A stretch of DNA of 63,478 bases, filler included, from Octopus bimaculoides (lineage: Eukaryota), in NCBI RefSeq assembly GCF_001194135.2. It is 4 parts of 4 records of this genome, joined end to end, with 100 filler letters (N's around TTAATTAATTAA, not from the genome) between each part and the next. Parts side by side here need not be neighbours in the genome. Positions count along the whole stretch, not along the records: positions 1 to 31,947 come from NC_068989.1; 3 more parts are not named here. One strand, 5' to 3'. Position 1 is the stretch's first letter. Every line of letters begins with the position of its first letter. Shown one piece after another: positions 1 through 10,531 of the stretch. Position numbers and translations under genes: made by a program. Under the pieces are notes generated by a model. The model was not told the origin of the DNA. It saw only the letters and a list, made by a program, of their open reading frames with translations, and ran no database searches.

Positions 1-1392
1 CACACACACACACACTTTCAACTATCTCTCTCTCATACATACAGAGAAATATACGCGCATTTTTTTTTCAGACAGACTTATTGTGTGTAAATTTCACTTT
101 TCTACCTTCACCACTTCGTGTCTTCAGCAGGTAATTCGTAGAGAAATATAGGAAAATGTATTGTATTTTTTTCATTGTTATTACTGACAGTTGACAAAAC
201 TGAATTAAAAATCTGAGAGCATTCAGCTGACTGTGACGTCATTTGGATACAAATATCTTAGGCAAACGTACATGTTTTACAAGCATGTATATATACTACG
301 CATAGATCACCGATACATACATAAAATACACACACACAGACATAACAAATGTGCGTCTGTGTATTCATACGCGCACACAGTCATACAGATACACACACAG
401 ACACATACGTGCACACACAGACACATACGTGCACACACAGACACATACGTGCACACACACCACACGTTACCGAGGTATGCATACGCACACATTACTTGAA
501 CGTGAACTCTCATATATATCGATAGCATGCAGGTGTATGTCTGTGTATGAGATTGTATGTTTGTATGCATGCGCGTGCGTGCGTGTAGTGATTCCCGGCT
601 AAAAACTTCATACCGTCACTACTTAAGATTTGAGTTCGTTCTGCATTTTCAGGGTTCCTGTTAACGATTCATGTTTTGGACAAGAACAGATGTTGTCCTT
701 TTCTTGTTCGTCCTATTGTCAGTGATAGGTTAGTTGTCGGCTACATGCAATGGCGAAGAGCGAGAATGTCAAACGTACACCCCATAAGCCGGGGCCGACC
801 GGCAGTTTTGTTTAATTCGTTACCTCTCACAATTTTATTTTGTAATTTTAAAGAACTCTACAAAATACATATCACCAACATACTATGGTGTTGGAACCCG
901 AGCAAAATCCTGATTAACATCGTTGTGTTATCTCAAACTTTGTAAAATAAGGTTATGAATTCGGATACTAAAAGATGGAACCTATTTCCTCTTCACTTTG
1001 TCTATACATGCCGAGATATATGGCGAAATTTTTTTCCAAATCTACGTACGTGTTTATCTGAATGCATTGTAGTAAGAACAATATTGAAAGCTTTTGTTCA
1101 ACTGAAAACACTCCAAGCTTTCTCTCTATCAAGCATTAATCTAGTCCAGACCTGAATGCGTTTATTTGGTAAACATCTACTTGCTTTATTGCTCTACTGA
1201 TTCTTATTTAATAGTACCATATATATANNNNNNNNNNNNNNNNNNNNNNNNNNNNNNNNNNNNNNNNNNNNNNNNNNNNNNNNNNNNNNNNNNNNNNNNN
1301 NNNNNNNNNNNNNNNNNNNNNNNNNNNNNNNNNNNNNNNNNNNNNNNNNNNNNNNNNNNNNNNNNNNNNNNNNNNNNNNNNNNNNNNNNNTA

Positions 1393-1552
1393 CTGTCAAC
1401 TTAACGTGACAGTCCCAATAAAGGAATCATACTACTGCTATTTAACCATAGGAAGCTAAATGTGTCAAGGCCGACAGGAAGCGGTCCAGCTTCCTAGGGC
1501 TAAATAGCAGTAGTATGATTCCCTTATTGGGACTGTCACGTTAAGTTGACAG
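1393..1552. mobile_element. Fold-back MITE, Tc1/mariner-like (TA target duplication)
   Basis: 1391-1457 is the reverse complement of 1488-1554 (3 mismatches in 67 nt), with a 30-nt spacer; ends are TA|CTGTCAAC...GTTGACAG|TA. Confidence 0.75.
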
Positions 1553-1576
1553 TATACAACTACTTTATATATATAT

Positions 1577-1970
1577 GAGTGGCTGTGTGGTAAGTAGCTT
1601 GCTTACCAACCACATAGTTCCGGGTTCATTCCCATTGCGTGGCATCTTGGGCAAGTGTCTTCTACTATAGCCTCAGGCCGACCAAAGCCTTGTGAGTGGA
1701 TTTGGTAGACGGAAACTAAAAGAAGCCTGTCGTATATCTGTATATATGTATGTGTGTGTGTGTATATGCTTGTGTGTCTGTGTTTGTTCCCCCACCGTCG
1801 CTTGACAACCTATGCTGGTGTGTTTACGTCCCCGTAACTTTGCGGCTCGGAAAAAGAGACCAATAGAATAAATAATAGGCTTACAAAGAATAAGTCGATT
1901 TGCTCGACTAAAGGCGGTGCTCCAGCATGGCCGCAGTCAAATGACTGAAACAAGTAAAAGAGTAAAAGAG
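1577..1970 (+). mobile_element. tRNA-derived SINE family A, near full length
   Basis: Head GAGTGGCTGTGTGGTAAG...GGGTTCATTCCC (A/B-box-like), CORE-like TTGGGCAAGTGTCTT, internal (TA)/(TG) tract, body, 3' (GAGTAAAA) repeats; about 10 related copies in the window. Confidence 0.85.
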
Positions 1971-2129
1971 TATATATATACACACACAAAATATATATAA
2001 TACATATAACATATATAGCACACATAGATGCGTATAAAAAAACTCAATCCCACGGCGCATACATACATTGTATATATGTGTATGTGTGTGCGCGTGTGCG
2101 TGTGCGTGTGTTTGTTTTATCTTTTATTA

Positions 2130-2465
2130 TCTTTTACTTGTTTCAGTTATATGCCTGCAGTCATGCTTGGGTACTGCCTTGGAGAATTTTAGTCGAATGA
2201 ATCGACTCCAGTACTTTTCTCAAAGCCTGGTATTTATTCTATTGGTCTAAGTTACATAGACGCAAGCATATCAATACTGGTTGTCAAGCGGTGCCGGGGG
2301 AGCAGATAGACGCGCGCGCACGCACACACACACACACACACACACACATTTATACGACGGGCTTCTTTCAGTGTGCGTCTATCAAATCCACTCACAAGGC
2401 TTTGGCCAACCCAAAGCTACAGCAGAAAACACTTGCTCAAGTCAAGTTGCCACACACTGGGACTA
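2130..2465 (-). mobile_element. SINE family A copy
   Basis: Reverse-complement match to body and head of 1577-1970. Confidence 0.8.
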
Positions 2466-2850
2466 TACATCACGGTGATGCACCAGCATGACCATAGTCG
2501 CATGGCTGAAACGAATAAAGGAAATACGCACACACACACACACACACACCTACATGTATGTATATATGTCTGTAAGTACACATGTTTACACAAACCATTT
2601 CCTACACGTTGCTGTGCACAAACTTTGCTATGATGTATATTGACCCCTTCATTCATATGCTTTAGCTCTGATCAGTGATTCCCAACTGGGGGCATACAGT
2701 TGTGTTGGGGCGTGGGGTGCAAATTTCCTTCTCTTTTATGTGAAAAATCTTTTTTCATAGTCAATAACGTACACTTTCTTTGTACTCAGTACTTGATAAA
2801 AAAAGTTACCTGTTGATTCTTTTGTATTAAATAATTGTGATAAAATATTC

Positions 2851-3048
2851 GTTTCCAATTTTGGCACAATGCCAGCAAGTTTGGGGGGGGCTGACATGTT
2901 GATTACATCGATCCAAGTCCTCAACTCGACTCCGAAAGGATGAAAGGCAAACTCGGCCTCGGTGGAATTAGAACTCACAACGTAAAAACACGAAATGCCG
3001 CTAAGCATTTTGCTTGGCGCGGTAACGATTCTGCTAGCTCGCTACCTT
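2851..3048 (-). mobile_element. tRNA-derived SINE family B (Meta/MESC-like central domain)
   Basis: Reverse complement of GCGAGCTGGCAGAA...GAGTTCAAATTCC...TTTCATCCTTTCGGGGTCGATAAA...; more than 12 copies in the window; domain assignment from memory. Confidence 0.75.
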
Positions 3049-3844
3049 AAAAATTGTTGTTTTTCCATCTACCGGTGGGGCATATATTCTTTTGAAAAGC
3101 TATAGTGAGGCCTGTGGAGAAATAGGTTGGGCAACTCTGGTCTAGATTACAAACAGGGCTTTTCTTTTTTTTACAATTATTCCTATACGNNNNNNNNNNN
3201 NNNNNNNNNNNNNNNNNNNNNNNNNNNNNNNNNNNNNNNNNNNNNNNNNNNNNNNNNNNNNNNNNNNNNNNNNNNNNNNNNNNNNNNNNNNNNNNNNNNN
3301 NNNNNNNNNNNNNNNNNNNNNNNNNNNNNNNNNNNNNNNNNNNNNNNNNNNNNNNNNNNNNNNNNNNNNNNNNNNNNNNNNNNNNNNNNNNNNNNNNNNN
3401 NNNNNNNNNNNNNNNNNNNNNNNNNNNNNNNNNNNNNNNNNNNNNNNNNNNNNNNNNNNNNNNNNNNNNNNNNNNNNNNNNNNNNNNNNNNNNNNNNNNN
3501 NNNNNNNNNNNNNNNNNNNNNNNNNNNNNNNNNNNNNNNNNNNNNNNNNNNNNNNNNNNNNNNNNNNNNNNNNNNNNNNNNNNNNNNNNNNNNNNNNNNN
3601 NNNNNNNNNNNNNNNNNNNNNNNNNNNNNNNNNNNNNNNNNNNNNNNNNNNNNNNNNNNNNNNNNNNNNNNNNNNNNNNNNNNNNNNNNNNNNNNNNNNN
3701 NNNNNNNNNNNNNNNNNNNNNNNNNNNNNNNNNNNNNNNNNNNNNNNNNNNNNNNNNNNNNNNNNNNNNNNNNNNNNNNNNNNNNNNNNNNNNNNNNNNN
3801 NNNNNNNNNNNNNNNNNNNNNNNNNNNNNNNNNNNNNNNNNNNN

Positions 3845-4110
3845 GTGGTTTTTGGAGGTGGTTTTGAGGATGTTGTTGATAATGGTGGTGGTGGTGGTGG
3901 TGGTAGTGTAATGGTTCTAGTGGTTGTGGTGATGATAACGATGGTGATGACGATGATGATGACGACGACAACGATGGTGTTGCAGAAGAAGAAGAAGAAG
4001 AAGAAGAAGAAGAAGAAGAAGAAGAAGAAGAAGAAGAAGAAGAAGAAGAAGAAAAAGAAGAAGGAGGAGGAGGAGAAGAAGGAGGAGGGAGAGGAGGGGA
4101 AGGAACAGAA
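3845..4110. repeat. Compound trinucleotide microsatellite (GGT/GAT/GAA/GGA)
   Basis: Read directly from the sequence. Confidence 0.95.
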
Positions 4111-4489
4111 GAAAACTGTTACGGTAATTATGGAATATATTCAACATTTCATTTGTAATTACCACAACGCCATCCCCTCGGCGAAAACATTGTCATTTGT
4201 GTGTAACGATAGACTAAGGCACGTCTCCGGAAATGCTCTTACACAGCTTTCTTTAACCTCAAACATTTGATATTCACGTTTCTTAAGTTGCATTTATATA
4301 ACGAAGATAGACTTTATTAAGCGAACTACTCAGCACTTGCAGCGCTGAATATTTTCAATCCTAGAATAACAAAGTCAAAACCGAGACCTTCTGATGGACT
4401 CGAGATAGTCAGAGGTGCGTTAGGTTGTGCAAACAAAGTATGTTAGAACAAGACCTTCAAAAAATAAAAAAAATGCGGCCCGAATGCTA

Positions 4490-4732
4490 AGACAATATAG
4501 ATGGACGGATGGATGGATAGAGAGATGGAGAGATGGATTGATGGATGGATGGATGGCAGAATGAATGCAAGAATGGCAGAATAGATGGAAGAATGGTTGG
4601 AGGGATGTCTGGAGAGATGGCTGGGGGATGGATGGGTGGATGGATGAATAGGGAAATGGATTTAAGGGTGGCTAGCTGGATGAATGAAAGAAGAGATGGA
4701 TGGATAGATTAAAACATACATGGATGGATGGT
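4490..4732. repeat. Degenerate (GGAT)n microsatellite
   Basis: Read directly from the sequence. Confidence 0.85.
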
Positions 4733-4734
4733 TC

Positions 4735-4915
4735 TCCGTCGGTTTCGATGATGAGGTTTCAGCTGTTTGATCAACTGATTTAGTTGCTCATTGAATGAGT
4801 ATGTGAGTGGTTGAGTATCACACAGACTTGGATGTCATGAACATAAACCCCAGATACAATCAGCGTTACAAAGATTGTGCAAAAAAGCTGAGCCTTTGAA
4901 TTACAGGTTTCAATC
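4735..4915 (+). repeat. Unclassified interspersed repeat, decayed
   Basis: Similar to the reverse complement of 41485-41670 (CTCCGTCGG..., CCTTTGAATTACAGG). Confidence 0.5.
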
Positions 4916-4971
4916 CATTTGACGGGCTTCCTCTCAGTTTTCGTATACCCAGTTTCATTCACAAGGCTTGG

Positions 4972-5235
4972 GCGTGGAAGCGCATGGCTTAGTAGTTATG
5001 ATGTTGGATTCATGATCATAAGATTCTGGTTTCAATTCCTGGACCGGGTGACGTGTTGTGTTCTTGAGCAAAACACTTCATTTCGCGTTGCTCCAGTCCA
5101 CTCAACTGGCAAAATTGAGTAATCCTGCTACGGACCGGCGTCCTGTCCAGGGATGGGGGAATATATACGCTATGGAAACCATTGAAATCATGGAAACCAG
5201 GTATGACTCGAGAAGGTAACTTTACCTTTACTTTT
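4972..5235 (+). mobile_element. tRNA-derived SINE family C (CORE-like)
   Basis: TGGCTTAGTAG A-box-like and GTTTCAATTCC B-box-like motifs, then CTTGAGCAAAACACTT...CCAGTCCACTCA; relatives at 13700, 36893, 61560. Confidence 0.7.
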
Positions 5236-5440
5236 ACAAGGCTTGGGTCTCTCAGAATCTGTGTATCGATGCTAACAAGTGCAGTATGAATAATGCATGT
5301 AAACACATGGTGCACACACTGCTACTTGTGGTCGTGTAGTTAACTAGACTGGTGGCTACAAAAATTTCATGTTACTGTTCGTAATGTATCCGGATAAAAA
5401 AGGAGATGCCGGACCATCAGTTGCTGGAAAATCACTGGTA

Positions 5441-5529
<89 letters not shown>

Positions 5530-5531
<2 letters not shown>

Positions 5532-5628
5532 TTATTCAGTTATATTTCAAGATTTCTTGCCAAGAGAGAAAGAGTGAGTTTCTAACCTAGATCCATGGTT
5601 CCCTCACTGGAATTTCAACATGAACAAG
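5530..5628 (-). mobile_element. Isolated 3' tail of the (ACAT)n-associated R4/Dong-type LINE
   Basis: Reverse complement matches the tail at 46079-46166 (TGTTGAAATTCC...GGATCTAGGTTAG...AAGAAATCTTGAAAT). Confidence 0.75.
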
Positions 5629-8269
5629 GTATGTATGTATGTATTTATGTATGTGTGTGTGTGCGTGTGTGTGTATGTATGTGTGTGTGTGTATGTATAA
5701 CAACAATATAAGCGGCAGCAGTACGTGTGAGAAAGACAAAACCTGTCTACAAATAAAGTAGAATCCAAACAAAGCAAAACTACCTTTTATTGAGAACTTT
5801 TATTTCCTTTTTTACTTTCTCGTTATTTTATGTAATATTAACAATAGAGTGTTTCAAATATGTATATATGCATGTATGTGTGTATGTACGCATATATGTA
5901 TGTGTGTGTATGTGTGTATGTAAGTTTGAAAATGGAAAATACCATATTTTATGAAATAAATTTATGGTAAGTTGAGTGAATTCCTGTCAGGAATCCATAT
6001 TTTATTATTTTCATTTGTTTTTTTTAGTTAAGTAGAGGAATGAGATGCATTACATTTATGTACTTATTTGATAAAAGATTATTTTAAGTTACCTTTCAAT
6101 TATTGTGTCCATAACATTTGTATACAGCTGCAATTTCAATCTATCTGGATCTCATCAGTTCGATGTGGTAAGTACAAATCTGGGGTCTATTAAGCATAGT
6201 ATAGCATTAGATTAAATTAATTTCACAAAAAGAGAAAGAAAGAGTGAGAGAGAGAAAGAAAGAAAGAAAAAGAGAGAGAGATTTTATAAAAAGAATCTTT
6301 ATCTCGTGGAGTCTCATGATTTTATAGCGGGAACTCTGAGTTTCTTGAAACCCGTTTTAGGGACACCCTGATACAAAGGCTACTAAAGATGGCATTCAGC
6401 TGTGTCCAGGTTTAAAACACTTAACTAAGAAATATGTCTCAGATTGGTTGGATAGAAAACATTCAATTTAAGAAAATAATGTGAGAAGATGAAGCAACAG
6501 AAGAATACTATACGAGATGATGAAGATAAATGATGGAGATATACGAATGTGGAGGCATAAGTGATAAGAAGTAGAAACAGTAAACGAAGAACAATATCAT
6601 GTAGAATAACCTATAGAGAAACTAGAATTTGAAAGAAATATGTTAATAAGTATATATTAACCTAGAATCTATTTAATGTTAAACAAGTTCGAAAGTGTTT
6701 TTCTTTTAATCCATGCAAACTCATCTGTTTATCAGCCAGTTCTTGATTTCTGAAACTTCTTCCAACGTCTACATTATATCTATCACTCGTCTCGCCTCTC
6801 TCTCAGTCTCTTTCATTTTCAAATATCAAGAAAGATTTTTTTTTAAATGGGCATTTTGTAATCTTTATAATCAATCTCTAAATGCCAAAGAATAAGGAAT
6901 ACAAAAATGTTAAAACAAAGAAAGAACATAGTAAAAAAAAAAAAAAAAANNNNNNNNNNNNNNNNNNNNNNNNNNNNNNNNNNNNNNNNNNNNNNNNNNN
7001 NNNNNNNNNNNNNNNNNNNNNNNNNNNNNNNNNNNNNNNNNNNNNNNNNNNNNNNNNNNNNNNNNNNNNNNNNNNNNNNNNNNNNNNNNNNNNNNNNNNN
7101 NNNNNNNNNNNNNNNNNNNNNNNNNNNNNNNNNNNNNNNNNNNNNNNNNNNNNNNNNNNNNNNNNNNNNNNNNNNNNNNNNNNNNNNNNNNNNNNNNNNN
7201 NNNNNNNNNNNNNNNNNNNNNNNNNNNNNNNNNNNNNNNNNNNNNNNNNNNNNNNNNNNNNNNNNNNNNNNNNNNNNNNNNNNNNNNNNNNNNNNNNNNN
7301 NNNNNNNNNNNNNNNNNNNNNNNNNNNNNNNNNNNNNNNNNNNNNNNNNNNNNNNNNNNNNNNNNNNNATATATATATATATATACACATGCTAGTTATT
7401 CCCGATGAAAGCCATAGTAATTCGAAAAGGTAATCTTTATACTTAATTTGACATGGATGCCTTGTTAGAACACCGAATACTGCGTTTTTAGCTTTGAGAG
7501 ATGCTCTCATGTAGGCGATTGATGCATAAAAGTACACTCAGTTCGTAGTAGCTGAAATTCGTCTGTTATAGACGCCGGAATTCCTATATCACCCGATTCC
7601 GGTCTATTGGAACACATCAGTGGGAAGCATCGGTCACAGCATGCCAGTCAACTCTCGCTGCTACGATATATAGAATATCAGCGTATTTCCAGATATCGAT
7701 GTCACAAAGAGCCAACGGGCTTATTAGAAATCATTTATTAGCTACGGAAGCAGTACTGATATCAAAAAGCAGTCTTCATATCCAACCTAACATAGTTGCC
7801 TTGTTAGAACATTATTTTATAGAATATTGTTATTTGCCTTGAGAAATCTTCTCATATAGGCGCTTAGCTATGGCAGACGAATTTCGTCTAATACCATCTA
7901 TGTAAATGTGTTTCTATGCACCAAGCGCTTATATAAGAGAATCTTTCATAGCTAATAACACAGTATTTGGGTCGATAAAATCTAAACCTTTACAAGGGAG
8001 AGCGCATCATGGCCGTTGCGCAATGATTATCACCTGTAAATTATAAAAAAATAGCACACGCATACATACATACGTACATACATATATATATACGTTTATC
8101 AATTCGTTCCACAAGATCCCTGATGTGAAATCGTGTGTTGAAACAGATATTGCTGTATTTCGGGATGGTCATTTTATTTATTTATTTATTTATATATTTA
8201 TTGCCAAATAAACACACGCACTATATATTATATTTATAGTGCGTGTGTTTATATATAACACACGCTCGT

Positions 8270-8602
8270 GATTGGTATGCCAAGTTCAAAAATGGAAATT
8301 TTAACCTCAAAGACGCACCTCGTTCTGGCCGTCCAGTTGAGTTCGATGAAGGGCGATTAAACCAACTTTTGCACGAAAATTCTCGTCAAACGACAAAGGA
8401 TCTGGCAGCAAAAAATGAAATGCTTTGTTGGATCAATTTTTCGAGTCGATATATTTATGCACCATGCAGTCAAAGAGAAGAAATTATTGAAATTAAGCAT
8501 TATTCACTTTGTTCCATTATTCATTAATTAATTGTTATTTTTTCTTAAACCTCTTAAAAATGTTAATTTAAAAAAACGGTGGTAACTTAGTTGCCAACCC
8601 AA
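8270..8602 (+). mobile_element. Internally deleted mariner remnant
   Basis: Encodes WYAKFKNGNFNLKDAPRSGRPVEFDEGRLNQLLHENSRQTT (HTH region, matches the copy at 42877-44342); ends in TIR AACTTAGTTGCCAACCCAA|TA. Confidence 0.9.
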
Positions 8603-9935
8603 TAACTTACTCGGAACCCGCAATTAGCGTTAGTCTGGAGTCTAAGAAACGCAATACAACTGCTGCATGAGAGTGAATGAGAACGAATGCATGAGTGAGG
8701 CGAGTACGCGAATGGCCGAGTACACGAGTAGGTCGAGTACACGACATGTATGAACAGCAAAAACTACGAAATAACGATATCTGTCGCTCTCGTTCTCGTT
8801 TCACTTCGCTTTGAAGTAGGTGGGGTGCAATGAGGAATATTTACTGCATTTTTTACTTTTATTAAGAAATATCGTTTTTACAAATATTCCCTACCTTACA
8901 AAGACTATCTTAGCTAAGCAGATGACCTTTTCTAAATGCATTAAAAATATAATATATTCAGAACGCTGTTTCAGAAAATTATCTCCGTTCTCTTTGAGCA
9001 TCTAACAGGCAAATTTAGCTCGGGAAAAACGAGTAAGACGAGATTAGGTAAATTTGCCTCTTCAATTCTTCCGAATTACATTTAAAAAAGACTCATACAC
9101 ATCAATATCCATCTTTAGACATCAGAAAGATTCAGAAATGCAACAAAAATTTTAAATATCTAAATCATATGAAAGAGGATCATTGAAAAATGACGTATGA
9201 TATAAAACTAACGAAACTCAACTAAATCTAAAAAAACATAAAATATTCTCCATAACATCACGATCTGCTGAAGTGGCCCTCTTCTCGATATATTTATGCA
9301 CCATGCAGTCAAAGAGAAGAAATTATTGAAATTAGTCATTATTCATTTTGTTCCATTTTAGAAATCATCTTTTTAAACTTAAAAATGACCAAATTAGACA
9401 TCAGTGTGGGGAAAAATTGACTTGAAATACACAGAGAAAAGAATTTTGATTGTTAGAGACTGAAAATTATCCAGATATTTTATTAGCAACCTCAATTACA
9501 ATCGGGTCAAAGTTGAGGAGAAATTTCTTGGCAAATAAAAAGGCACCTGTCACCTGACTATGTTTCAGACTCTCAAATTCAACAACGACTATGCTGCCCA
9601 ATTTTTATTCCGAAAGATAATGCAACAACACAAAACGATGGTGCAATACTTGCAAAGTAGTGGTTTGAAACGGGTAGAAAAAAAATAATGATAAATTAAA
9701 AATTACAAATTTTGCCACACTTACCAATTTTGCCCCATCCCAACTGTTTTTTTAATACAATACATCTTTAAAGATATCTCCCTTAGATGAAATAGCATAG
9801 TTACAAGTGTTTAACAACACACGCATATTCAATATGTGATATAGATAATGAACTTCATGTAACACAGCATTTGAATATATATGCACACACAGACATGCAG
9901 ATGTATAATGGTACAGTGAGCGAGTGAGTGAGTGA

Positions 9936-9985
<50 letters not shown>

Positions 9986-10531
9986 ACTAGAGTGCATGCG
10001 TGTGTGCACTCGCGTGCATGCGTGTGTTTGTGTGTGAGAGAGAAAGTAAGAGTTTAGTATGAGGAGTTGGGGAAGAAGTTAAATACGTGTAAGTTTTCTT
10101 TTTGATGTTTACAGACTGCCCAAGTTATTTAATTTCGTTGCCGCCTGTTTTCATTGATCTCTCTTGGAATGAAGTATATCGGCCAATTTCTTTGCCCAGA
10201 GAATGTATTGTGAGCGAAGAGAGAAGTAAGAGAGAAGGGGGAACAAATGTGACCTTCAAAGAAATATTCTAATTAAGAACTGGACCGAAACCAAAATTGT
10301 ATGTATGTATGCCAGTATTGTCTGCACGCATGCACAGACAATACCATATGTATGTATGTATGTATGTATGTATGCATGCATGCATGTATGTATGTATGTA
10401 TGCGTGTGTGCGCGCGTGCGTTCGTGTGTGTGCACGTGCGTGTGTGCGTGTGTGTGTATGTATGTGTGTATGTATGTATGCATTGTCTGTACGTATGTAT
10501 GTATGTATGTATTTATTACTGAATGCTTATA

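Noticed and set aside
676-1155. Two short + ORFs or a stop-riddled minus frame as a gene or transposon
   Set aside because: No recognisable motif in either orientation.
9403-9746. Possible old MITE ends (CAGTGTGGGGAAAAATTG versus reverse CAGTTGGGATGGGGCAAAATTG)
   Set aside because: Similarity too short and gapped; no target duplication.
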